NCBI GenBank assembly: GCA_045652765.1
Contig: JAZOLG010000041.1
Location: forward strand, 7,310 to 71,309
Source: Bacilli bacterium
GTDB taxonomy: Bacteria > Bacillota_I > Bacilli_A > ML615J-28 > CAG-313
DNA length: 64,000 bases
Reading direction: 5' to 3'
Under the pieces are notes generated by a model that was not told the origin of the DNA, ran no database searches, and saw nothing but the letters and a program-made list of their open reading frames with translations. The position numbers were made by a program, and so were the translations under genes. How positions within the stretch are numbered: position 1 is the stretch's first letter; each line of letters opens with the position of its first letter. Shown in pieces: positions 1 through 9,098 of the stretch.

Positions 1-1557
1 GTATTAGAAGTACCAAAAGATCAATCTAATGGCGATTATGCTACAAATATTGCCATGAGACTAGCAAGAATTGCTAGAAAAGCACCTGTGATGATTGCAA
101 AAGATATTGTTGAGAAACTAGATAAAAAAGATCTTCATCTTGAAAAAATCGAAGTTGCTGGTGCAGGATTTATTAATTTTACAATTGATGTTGATTATTT
201 ACTAGAAGTAATTGCTAAAGTTAATAATGATCCAACATATGGTTGTAATAATATTGGTGAAGGAAAAACAATTGACTTAGAATTCGTATCTGCTAATCCG
301 ACTGGATATTTACATGTTGGTCATGGACGAGGCGCGGCATACGGAGATAGTTTAGCTAATTTATTAAGTAAAAGTGGTTATAAAGTTACACGTGAACATT
401 ATGTAAATGACGCTGGTAATCAAATTACTAATATGGCTCTAAGTGTTTATGAAAGATACAAAGAACTATTTGGATTATCAATTGAAATGAAAGATGATTA
501 TTATCATGGTAAAGAAATCATCACTATTGCAGAAATGTTAAAATGCGAATATCAAGATAAATTTTTAAATGAATTTGATCTTAATTTCTTTAAAGAATAT
601 GGTACAAAAGTTTTACTAGCTAATTTGAAGAAAGACTTAGAAAGATTTAACGTTAATTTTGATGTTTGGTTTAGTGAAAAAAGCTTATATGCATCTAATT
701 CTGTTGAAAAAGTATTGAAAACATTGAATGAATTAGGTTATTTATATGAAAGTGAAGATGCTAAATGGTTAAAAACATCTCTTCTAGGTGATGAAAAAGA
801 TCGTGTAGTTGTTAAGAGTGATGGAAGTTATACTTATTTATTACCGGATATTGCATATCATGCTAATAAGCTATCACGTGGTTTTGACCATTTGATTAAT
901 GTTTTAGGCGCAGACCATCATGGTTATGTTAACAGATTAAAAGCTGCTGTTACAATGCTTGGTGGTAATGCCAATTTGATTGACGTTGAACTTTTACAAA
1001 TGGTAAGAGTAATGGAAGATGGTCAAGAAGTAAAAATGAGTAAAAGAAGCGGTAAAGCTATTACACTGATTGATTTAATAGATGAAGTTGGAAGTGATGC
1101 TTTGAGATATTTCTACGTTTCTAAAGCGTTGAACACTCATATGGATTTAGATTTAGATGTTATGCGTAAAAAATCTAATGAAAATCCTGTTTTCTATGCT
1201 CAATATGCGTATGCACGTGTGGCTAGTGTATTTAGAAAGTTTAATGAAGCAGGTAACGTTTTTGAAGCATCTACTCAATTTAGTAATATTGATAAATCAA
1301 AAGTTAAGAATATTTGTTTAACTCTTTTAAAATATCCTGTAGTAATTGAAGAAGCTGCAAGTAAACATTTAGTACATAAAGTATGTCACTATATTGATGA
1401 ACTTGCATATCAACTACATAGTTTTTATAATGAAGAAAAAATTATTACTGATAATATAAGTGAAACAACAGAAAAATTAACTATCTTAAAAGCACTACAA
1501 ACTGTACTTAAAGATGCCTTAAATACATTAGGTATCAATACATATGAACAAATGTAA
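1..1557 (+). CDS. argS: Arginine--tRNA ligase (5'-truncated by window edge)
   Basis: Frame open from base 1 (VLEVPKDQSNGDYATNIAM...); HIGH-type motif HVGHGRG, KMSKR motif. Confidence 0.97.
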   Translation, partial: VLEVPKDQSNGDYATNIAMRLARIARKAPVMIAKDIVEKLDKKDLHLEKIEVAGAGFINFTIDVDYLLEVIAKVNNDPTYGCNNIGEGKTIDLEFVSANPTGYLHVGHGRGAAYGDSLANLLSKSGYKVTREHYVNDAGNQITNMALSVYERYKELFGLSIEMKDDYYHGKEIITIAEMLKCEYQDKFLNEFDLNFFKEYGTKVLLANLKKDLERFNVNFDVWFSEKSLYASNSVEKVLKTLNELGYLYESEDAKWLKTSLLGDEKDRVVVKSDGSYTYLLPDIAYHANKLSRGFDHLINVLGADHHGYVNRLKAAVTMLGGNANLIDVELLQMVRVMEDGQEVKMSKRSGKAITLIDLIDEVGSDALRYFYVSKALNTHMDLDLDVMRKKSNENPVFYAQYAYARVASVFRKFNEAGNVFEASTQFSNIDKSKVKNICLTLLKYPVVIEEAASKHLVHKVCHYIDELAYQLHSFYNEEKIITDNISETTEKLTILKALQTVLKDALNTLGINTYEQM

Positions 1558-1697
1558 TTTTTTCGATGAATGAGCTGACAACTCAGGAGAAAAACGTACC
1601 GAAAACGTTAAAATGGATTCTAAGAGCAAATAAACTTGAAATAAGGTGGTACCGCGGAATAAAATTCGTCCTTATAGTTTTTTTGCTCGTTTTTTTT
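1558..1697 (+). ncRNA. T-box riboswitch (atypical, ultrashort Stem I; probable Asp GAC specifier)
   Basis: T-box AAGG-TGGTACC-GCG at 1643-1656 with antiterminator partner CGTCCTT at 1667-1673; upstream of two aminoacyl-tRNA synthetase genes. Confidence 0.85.
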
Positions 1698-1708
1698 AGG
1701 AGGAAATA

Positions 1709-3001
1709 ATGAAAATTAGTAAATTAAAAGGAACTTTAGATTATTTTGGTGACTCTATAAAAAGATTTCATGTAGTATGCAATGCTTCAAGAAAAATATG
1801 TGAGGCATTTGGATATGAAGAAGTTATCACACCCGTTATTGAGTCAATTGATGTATTTGTAAGATCAGCTGGTGAGAATTCAGATATCGTTGGAAAAGAA
1901 ATGTATACTTTCAACGATCGAGGAAACAGAATGATTGCTTTAAAACCAGAATCTACTGCTAGTGTTATGAGAATGGTTGTAGAAAATAAAATTTATGCAA
2001 ATCCTGGTGTAAAAAAGTATTATTATTTGTCACCTAATTTCCGTTATGAAAGACCACAAGCAGGAAGATACCGTCAATTCTATCAATTTGGGGTTGAAAC
2101 TTTATGTGAAGAAAGTCCTTATCTTGATGCAGAAGTTATCTTAGTTGCTTATAGAATATTAGAAGAATTAAAAATTAATAATGCTAAGGTCTATTTAAAT
2201 ACTCTTGGAAGCGACGAAACTAGAAAAAATTATACAAAAGCTTTAAAAGAGTATTTTGAACCATTCGTTTCAGATCTATGCGATGATTGTAAACGTCGTT
2301 TTGAAAAGAATCCACTTCGTATGCTTGATTGTAAGGTTGATGCTCATAGTGATATTATGAAGAACGCACCAAAAATTAGTGATTATTTAAGTGAAGAAGA
2401 TGATTCTTATTTTAAAGAATTATGCAAAACACTTGAATCATTAAATGTCCCTTATGTTATTAATAGCCGTTTAGTACGTGGTCTAGACTATTATACTAAT
2501 GATATTTTTGAAATAATTTATGAAAAAGATGGTAGTCCATATAATGGCTTAGCTTTAATTGCCGGTGGAAGATATAATAATTTAGGACAAGAATTTGATG
2601 GTCCTCAAATTCCAAGTATTGGTTTTGGAATGGGTGTAGAAAGAATGATCGGCGTAATTGAAGAAAATGGATATAGTGATAATTCTAATTTAAAAACAAA
2701 AGTTGCGGTTATTACAATGAGTAATGCATGTAAAATTGAAGGAATTAGATTGGCTGATTATCTAAGAAGAAATAATATGGAAGTATTTATTGACTATAAA
2801 AATAACAATTTAAAACCACAATTTAAACTTTGTGATCGTGAAAATGTTGAATTTATTTTAATAATGGGTGATGATGAAGTTGCAAATGGGACAATTAGGG
2901 TAAAAAATGTCAAAGAAAATACACAAGAAGATATAAAAATCGAAGATTTAAATAAATATTTTAATTTAAAAGAGGAAGAAATTTATGCGTACAAACACTA
3001 A
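1709..3001 (+). CDS. hisS: Histidine--tRNA ligase
   Basis: FRYERPQAGRYRQFYQFGVE, LVRGLDYY, GGRY motifs; SD AGGAGG at 1698-1703. Confidence 0.97.
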   Translation: MKISKLKGTLDYFGDSIKRFHVVCNASRKICEAFGYEEVITPVIESIDVFVRSAGENSDIVGKEMYTFNDRGNRMIALKPESTASVMRMVVENKIYANPGVKKYYYLSPNFRYERPQAGRYRQFYQFGVETLCEESPYLDAEVILVAYRILEELKINNAKVYLNTLGSDETRKNYTKALKEYFEPFVSDLCDDCKRRFEKNPLRMLDCKVDAHSDIMKNAPKISDYLSEEDDSYFKELCKTLESLNVPYVINSRLVRGLDYYTNDIFEIIYEKDGSPYNGLALIAGGRYNNLGQEFDGPQIPSIGFGMGVERMIGVIEENGYSDNSNLKTKVAVITMSNACKIEGIRLADYLRRNNMEVFIDYKNNNLKPQFKLCDRENVEFILIMGDDEVANGTIRVKNVKENTQEDIKIEDLNKYFNLKEEEIYAYKH

Positions 3002-4727
3002 TGGTGAATTAAGATTATCAGATGTAAATAAAATTGTTACTTTAACAGGTTGGGTTAGTAAAAAACGTGACTTAGGTGGATTAGTATTTGTTGATTTACG
3101 TGACCGTTATGGTATTACACAATTAATAGTAGAACCTGAAAATAAATGTTATGATTTAGCTGTTAGCTTAAAAATGGAATATGTAATTAAAGTGACAGGA
3201 AAAGTTGTTGAAAGAAGTAGTAAAAATCCTAACATGTCAACTGGTGATATAGAAGTTTTGGTTGATGAATTAACTATTTTAAATGAAGCTGAACTTCCAC
3301 CACTACTTGTTCAAGATCAAACAGATGCGCTTGAAGAAACAAGAATGCGTTATCGTTATTTAGATTTAAGAAGACCAACAATGCAAAATAATTTAGTGTT
3401 ACGTCATAAAACTTGTATGGCTATTCGTAATTATTTTGATGAACTTAATTTTGTTGAAGTTGAAACACCAATCCTAGGTAAATCTACTCCAGAAGGTGCT
3501 CGTGACTTCTTAGTGCCTTCTCGTGTGCATCAAGGTTCGTTTTATGCATTACCACAGTCTCCACAATTATATAAACAATTATTAATGGTTTCAGGTATGG
3601 ACCGCTACTTCCAAATTGTTAAATGCTTCCGTGATGAAGATTTAAGAGCGGATAGACAACTTGAATTTACACAAGTTGACCTTGAAATGAGTTTTGTTGA
3701 TGAGATAGATGTTCAAACAGTTACTGAAGGATGTTTAAAACGCGTTTGGAAAGAAGTTTTAGGACAAGATATTGTTACACCTTTCCCTCGCATGGCATAT
3801 GATGATGCTATGAATAATTATGGTAGTGATAAACCTGATACTCGTTTTGAAATGTTATTACAAAATATTACAGAATGGGCTAGTAAATTAGATTTTTCTA
3901 TTTTCAAAGATAATATTGCTGCAGGTGGTGTTGTAAAAGTTGTTGTTGCTAAAGGAGCTGCATCAAAATATTCTCGTAAAGAAATTGATCGTTTAACGTT
4001 AATTGCAAAAAAATACCATGCCAAGGGTCTTGCATGGGTTAAATATGAAGATGCAATTAGCGGTTCAATTGCTAAATTTATTACAGAAGAATTACAAAAT
4101 GAACTTGTTTCAACTTTAAATCTTGAAAAAGGAGACTTAGTGTTAATTGTATCTGATACATTAGAAAATGCCAATACTAGTTTAGGTGCATTACGTTTAA
4201 CTCTTGGTCATGAATTAGATTTAATTGATAATGATAAATTTAATTTCTTATGGGTTGTTGATTGGCCATTATTTGAATATAGCGAAGAAGATGGAAGATA
4301 TGTTGCTGCACATCATCCATTTACTTCTCCTAAAGATGGACATGAGGAACTAATGTTAGAACATCCAGAGCTAACAAAAGCTAAAGCATATGACGTCGTT
4401 CTTAATGGTTATGAACTTGGTGGTGGAAGTATTCGTATTTTCAATCAAGAAACACAATCAAAAATGTTTAAAGCTATTGGTTTAACTGATGAAGAGGTTA
4501 AAGTTAAATTCTCATATTTTGTTGATGCGCTTAGATATGGTACACCTCCACATGGTGGTTTAGCTTTAGGTCTTGATAGACTTGTAATGTTAATTACAAA
4601 AAATAATAATTTACGCGAAGTTATTGCTTTCCCTAAAGCTGCTAGTGCAAAATGCTTAATGAGTAACTGCCCAACTCCAGTTGCTGATAGTCAATTAGAT
4701 GAATTAAAAATAAAGGTAAATGAATAA
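2985..4727 (+). CDS. aspS: Aspartate--tRNA ligase
   Basis: YALPQSPQLYKQLLM, FRDEDLRADRQ, PPHGG motifs; hisS-aspS synteny. Confidence 0.97.
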   Translation: MRTNTNGELRLSDVNKIVTLTGWVSKKRDLGGLVFVDLRDRYGITQLIVEPENKCYDLAVSLKMEYVIKVTGKVVERSSKNPNMSTGDIEVLVDELTILNEAELPPLLVQDQTDALEETRMRYRYLDLRRPTMQNNLVLRHKTCMAIRNYFDELNFVEVETPILGKSTPEGARDFLVPSRVHQGSFYALPQSPQLYKQLLMVSGMDRYFQIVKCFRDEDLRADRQLEFTQVDLEMSFVDEIDVQTVTEGCLKRVWKEVLGQDIVTPFPRMAYDDAMNNYGSDKPDTRFEMLLQNITEWASKLDFSIFKDNIAAGGVVKVVVAKGAASKYSRKEIDRLTLIAKKYHAKGLAWVKYEDAISGSIAKFITEELQNELVSTLNLEKGDLVLIVSDTLENANTSLGALRLTLGHELDLIDNDKFNFLWVVDWPLFEYSEEDGRYVAAHHPFTSPKDGHEELMLEHPELTKAKAYDVVLNGYELGGGSIRIFNQETQSKMFKAIGLTDEEVKVKFSYFVDALRYGTPPHGGLALGLDRLVMLITKNNNLREVIAFPKAASAKCLMSNCPTPVADSQLDELKIKVNE

Positions 4728-5196
4728 TATGAAAGATCTAAATTATATTTCATGGGATAAATATTTCATGGGTGTTGCGAAACTTTCTAGTATGCGAAGT
4801 AAAGATCCAAGTACTAAGGTTGGCGCATGTATTGTAAATAGTGAAAAAAGAATTATCGGTATTGGTTATAATGGTTTTCCATATGGTTGTGATGATGATT
4901 TATTCCCTTGGGGACGAGAAGGAGATTATTTAGACTGTAAATATCCTTATGTTGTTCACGCTGAACCTAATGCAATTTTAAATTCTACAAACAATTTACA
5001 AGGAGCTACAATTTATGTAACTTTATTCCCATGTAATGAATGTACAAAATTGTTAATTCAAGCTGGAATCAAAGAGGTTGTGTATATGGATGATAAATAT
5101 TCAGGTACACCATCTGATTTAGCTGCTAAAAAAATGTTAGAAGCTGCAGGCGTTAAAACTAGAAAAATTGACAAATTTGATGTGAAGTTTGAATAA
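4720..5196 (+). CDS. dCMP deaminase family protein (ComEB-like)
   Basis: RSKDP, HAEPNA and PCNEC Zn-deaminase motifs. Confidence 0.9.
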   Translation: MNNMKDLNYISWDKYFMGVAKLSSMRSKDPSTKVGACIVNSEKRIIGIGYNGFPYGCDDDLFPWGREGDYLDCKYPYVVHAEPNAILNSTNNLQGATIYVTLFPCNECTKLLIQAGIKEVVYMDDKYSGTPSDLAAKKMLEAAGVKTRKIDKFDVKFE

Positions 5197-6272
5197 TGAA
5201 GAAATTTATAAAACAAAATTTATTTATTGTTATTCCATCACTTTTTGTCATGCTTGTCTTACTTGCATTTTCGATTATTCGTTTAGATTATGAAATTACA
5301 TCTCCTGGGATGATTAATAAGGTACAAAATGTCATAAATGTAGATAATTCATACGAATCAAAAGGTTCATTTTATACTACATCGGTATATGTTAATGAAA
5401 AGTGTACAATCTTACAATATATTTTGGCTCATTTTTCTAATGCTGTCATTATTGAGCCAGTCAGTGAAATTGTTGATGGAACAAGTATTAGAAATAGTAA
5501 GTCAGGACAAATTCAAAAAAATAATAGTATTAATAATTCAGTAATTTGTGCTTATGAAAAAGCTGGTTTTGATATTGAATATAATTATGTCGGTGTAATT
5601 GTTCATACATTGGCCGTCAATGCAACTTTAGATATAGAAGTTGGCGACATTATTTCAGCAGTTTGTGGAATTGAATTTGATTCAATGAATGAATTTTACA
5701 GTTTATTCAATGCTGCAAGACTTAGTGAACAATTTTTTAATGTTGAAACATTAACATGCAATCTTCCTCTTACTGTAAATGGTGAAGAACGTATTATTAG
5801 TACAACGACAGTTGACTATACAGAAGATGGCGAACCTTATCCAGTATTTGGATTTTATATCTATGATCAATTTGAGATTGAAAAAAATTCTGCTATGCCA
5901 CAATATACAATTTCTCAAACTAATACTGGTGGACCTAGTGGTGGTTTAATGCAAACATTAGCTGTTTATGATAGTTTAACTTATGATGATTTGACCCATG
6001 GATTAACGATAGCAGGAACAGGTACTATTGATATTGAAGGGAAAGTTGGTGCTATTGGAGGAATGTATTCGAAAATATTTACAGCATATTATTCAGGTTG
6101 TGATATTTTTTTTGTACCATATTATGAAAGTAGTGCTGGAGAAACAAATTATCAAGAAGCGTTAAGAGCTTATGATGCTTTAGGAAGACCAGATGATTTC
6201 ATTATTATTCCTGTTTCGACTTTTCAACAAGCGGTCGATTATTTAGAAAGTTTAGGTGAAAATCATGCTTAA
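5196..6272 (+). CDS. YlbL/SepM-like membrane-anchored PDZ + Lon-type (S16) protease
   Basis: N-terminal TM segment, PDZ-like middle, GGPSGGL (Ser) and GAIGGMYSK (Lys) dyad motifs. Confidence 0.85.
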   Translation: MKKFIKQNLFIVIPSLFVMLVLLAFSIIRLDYEITSPGMINKVQNVINVDNSYESKGSFYTTSVYVNEKCTILQYILAHFSNAVIIEPVSEIVDGTSIRNSKSGQIQKNNSINNSVICAYEKAGFDIEYNYVGVIVHTLAVNATLDIEVGDIISAVCGIEFDSMNEFYSLFNAARLSEQFFNVETLTCNLPLTVNGEERIISTTTVDYTEDGEPYPVFGFYIYDQFEIEKNSAMPQYTISQTNTGGPSGGLMQTLAVYDSLTYDDLTHGLTIAGTGTIDIEGKVGAIGGMYSKIFTAYYSGCDIFFVPYYESSAGETNYQEALRAYDALGRPDDFIIIPVSTFQQAVDYLESLGENHA

Positions 6273-6657
6273 ACTATATAAAAAATATTTTGAAATATCA
6301 AAAATATTTGAAAGTGATATTTTAGATAAAAAAACAACTAGAAAAATAAGTTTGATTGCAATACTATTTAGTTTGCCAATTATGATTATTTATGCACTAA
6401 TTTTATTTAATGCATGTACAATTTTTGTTGGCAATGTGCCAATTTTGAACGTATTCATTTTAATAATGCCTATTTTTGTTTGTTTGTTTTTTGGCCTAGT
6501 ATCTTTATTTACTATTCAATTATATAAAATGTATTTACCTGATCATGATTTACTATGTAAAGTTAAGAATTGGCAATTTTTTGTTGCTGGATTATTAAAT
6601 CCATATATTATTGTCTTTTCGATAGTTATTTCAGTTATTATGTGCTTTATTTTATAG
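6265..6657 (+). CDS. Hypothetical membrane protein (about 3 TM)
   Basis: ORF with SD AGGTGA before ATG 6265; hydrophobic segments; no family recognised. Confidence 0.7.
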   Translation: MLKLYKKYFEISKIFESDILDKKTTRKISLIAILFSLPIMIIYALILFNACTIFVGNVPILNVFILIMPIFVCLFFGLVSLFTIQLYKMYLPDHDLLCKVKNWQFFVAGLLNPYIIVFSIVISVIMCFIL

Positions 6658-6665
6658 GAGGCAGT

Positions 6666-7172
6666 ATGATTATATACGGAATTTTATTAACAGTTATTCT
6701 TGTATTTTTAGACCAAATATCAAAGTATGTCATTTTTGCAACAATAGGACTTGGAAAAGGTGTGCCTGTAGTTGATGGTTTTTTTAGATTATATGGTGTA
6801 TATAATACTGGTGCTGCATTTAGCATTTTAAATGATCATTCTTGGATCTTGCTAGTTATTAGCATTTTAGCAACTATTTTAATATCATATTTTATGAAAG
6901 ATTTTTCACTTAAAAGAAGACCACTTTATGGCATTTCCCTTGTTTTAATATTGAGTGGTTGTATCGGTAATATGATAGATCGTATGTTTAATAATTTTAA
7001 AGTATATGATTTCATTGATTTGCAATTTATGAACTTTGCCATTTTTAATATTGCTGATTGTTATTTAACTGTTGGTGTAATATTAATGGGTATATTTCTA
7101 GTTTTCTTTGAACAAAAAGATCCTATAAACTTTAAACTAAAAAATAATAAAGAGGAAAAAATCGATGAATAA
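6666..7172 (+). CDS. lspA: Lipoprotein signal peptidase II
   Basis: NTGAAFS, GNMIDR, FNIAD motifs; SD AGGAGG supports ATG 6666 rather than 6570. Confidence 0.95.
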   Translation: MIIYGILLTVILVFLDQISKYVIFATIGLGKGVPVVDGFFRLYGVYNTGAAFSILNDHSWILLVISILATILISYFMKDFSLKRRPLYGISLVLILSGCIGNMIDRMFNNFKVYDFIDLQFMNFAIFNIADCYLTVGVILMGIFLVFFEQKDPINFKLKNNKEEKIDE

Positions 7173-8061
7173 AATTATACTTATTTGTCAAGAAGGACCT
7201 ATTCGTGTTGACAAATTTGTTGCAGTTAGCATGGAAAAAAGTCGTAGTGAAGTTCAAAAGTATTTTGATGAATCAGGCGTTTATGTTAATGGTAAATTAG
7301 CTAAATCAAGTTTAAATATTAATAGTGGTGATAAAGTTGAATTTGATGTCCCAGAAGTACAAGAAGCGAAAATTGAAAAACAAAATATTCAACTTGACGT
7401 AGTTTATGAGGATTCTGATGTTATCGTAGTTAATAAACCTTCAGGAATGGTAGTACATCCCGCTAATGGTCATTTTAATGATACGCTAGTAAATGCTTTA
7501 ATGTATCATTGTACTGATTTGTCAACTATTAATGGTGAAATTAGACCAGGAATAGTACATAGAATTGATAAAGATACTTCAGGATTATTAGTTGCTTGTA
7601 AAAATGATTTAGCTCACAATTCAATTGCAGCACAATTGAAAGCAAAAACATCTACTAGAAAGTATATTGCTATTGTATACGGAAATTTTGATCATAATTT
7701 TGGAAAAATTGAAGCTCCAATTGCCAGAGATCCTCAAAATCGCTTAAAAATGGCAGTTGTAAAAGGTGGTAAAGAATCTATTACAACATTTAAGGTTTTA
7801 GAGCGTTTTGGTGATTATACATTATTAGAATTAAAATTAGAAACAGGAAGAACTCATCAAATTAGAGTGCATATGGCATACATTGGTCATCCGGTTTTAG
7901 GTGATCCTTTATATGGCCCAAAAAAGATTATTGGTAAAAACGGTCAATATTTGCATGCCAAAACATTAGGATTTGTTCATCCTAGAACTAATGAATATAT
8001 GGAGTTTACTTCAGAATTACCAGATTTCTTTTTAGAAATGATAGAAGAATTAAAAAAATAA
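7165..8061 (+). CDS. rluD: RluA/RluD-family 23S rRNA pseudouridine synthase
   Basis: S4 domain, HRIDKDTSG, TGRTHQIRVH; lspA-rluD synteny. Confidence 0.92.
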   Translation: MNKIILICQEGPIRVDKFVAVSMEKSRSEVQKYFDESGVYVNGKLAKSSLNINSGDKVEFDVPEVQEAKIEKQNIQLDVVYEDSDVIVVNKPSGMVVHPANGHFNDTLVNALMYHCTDLSTINGEIRPGIVHRIDKDTSGLLVACKNDLAHNSIAAQLKAKTSTRKYIAIVYGNFDHNFGKIEAPIARDPQNRLKMAVVKGGKESITTFKVLERFGDYTLLELKLETGRTHQIRVHMAYIGHPVLGDPLYGPKKIIGKNGQYLHAKTLGFVHPRTNEYMEFTSELPDFFLEMIEELKK

Positions 8062-8082
8062 GCACTCATTTGAGTGCTTATT
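8057..8082. terminator. Bidirectional intrinsic terminator
   Basis: AATAAGCACTCA-TT-TGAGTGCTTATT between convergent genes. Confidence 0.8.
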
Positions 8083-9022
8083 ATTCGTTATAGTCTTTAA
8101 GTTTTATATTATTTGATTTAGCATATTCAACAATACGTTGTGTATTTACAAATTTCTTTTTAGCAATTTGGTTTAAGATGCCAAAACCATATGATTTTAT
8201 AATACCAACAGCTTGACGATCAACTGCGCCTCCAGCTCCTTTAAGTAGTTCTACTTTGACTAATTTTGAAAGTTCATGCATTTCTTTTAAAAAGGCTGCA
8301 CGAGCTAAAATTGATGCAGCTGCAATGCTAACATGAACTCTTTCTCCTTTAGGAATTAGAATAACATCTTTTTCAACATTTTGTAGTTTGCGTAAATAGT
8401 GAAGATATTTTTCTTTTGGTGTAAATTCATCAATTAAAATTGCGTCGGGCTTTACATTATCAAGTTTTTTTAGTATACTATTAATAGCATTATTATGTAA
8501 GCATGCTTTAATGAAGTTCATGTTATCATCTTCAGTCTTATATAAAGAATTAAATTTTTCAGGTGATAATACTAAAATAGAACAAGTAACAATGTTTTTA
8601 AGTTTTAAGGCTAAGTCGATAATTACATCGTCCATTAATAATTTTGAGTCTTTAACACCTAAACGTTTAAGAGTTTCTATTTGATCACTACGAACATAAC
8701 AACTACATACGACAATTGGTCCAAAATAATCGCCTGTACCAACTTCATCACAACCTATTGCGCTGATGTTTTGATACATTGCGTAGTTTGATTCAATCTC
8801 TTTTTCGATTGGTAAATTGAATTTTTTGGCCCAAATGTTGTATTCGCCATCTTCAGATTTCCCTTGGAATAGTACTGTATTTGTAGTATAGAAAGTTACA
8901 CTAACATTTTCCATTTTGGCTCTTGCGATGGTATGGGCATTTTCACCTTTAATTAGGTATCCATCATAATATTCTAACATTTCTTTAATTTGGGCTGCTG
9001 TAGCATTAATTGTGTGACTCAT
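8081..9022 (-). CDS. rnhC: Ribonuclease HIII
   Basis: IGCDEVGTGDYFGP, DSKLL, IAAASILAR; N-terminal TBP-like domain; divergent from mutS2. Confidence 0.93.
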   Translation of the reverse strand: MSHTINATAAQIKEMLEYYDGYLIKGENAHTIARAKMENVSVTFYTTNTVLFQGKSEDGEYNIWAKKFNLPIEKEIESNYAMYQNISAIGCDEVGTGDYFGPIVVCSCYVRSDQIETLKRLGVKDSKLLMDDVIIDLALKLKNIVTCSILVLSPEKFNSLYKTEDDNMNFIKACLHNNAINSILKKLDNVKPDAILIDEFTPKEKYLHYLRKLQNVEKDVILIPKGERVHVSIAAASILARAAFLKEMHELSKLVKVELLKGAGGAVDRQAVGIIKSYGFGILNQIAKKKFVNTQRIVEYAKSNNIKLKDYNE

Positions 9023-9098
9023 ATTATCCTCCCATGTTAGTAATTTACACTACATTATAACACATAATTAAAATTTTTTTATACAAAGAGGTAAAAAA

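Noticed and set aside
1565-1590. Reading GAGCTGA as the apical GNUG loop of a canonical long Stem I beginning inside argS
   Set aside because: No AG-box or complementary arm was found in the argS 3' end; the local K-turn hairpin explains the sequence better, though a covariance-model check is still needed
3818-4174. 118-aa antisense ORF inside aspS (likewise 15586, 15976, 18275, 18829, 19124, 22887, 24771, 26903, 27563, 30480, 30865, 32497, 34125, 35337, 37609, 39001, 40056, 44626, 47768, 52726, 61333, 62338, 63158)
   Set aside because: Shadow ORFs overlapping well-supported genes, without SD or recognisable motifs
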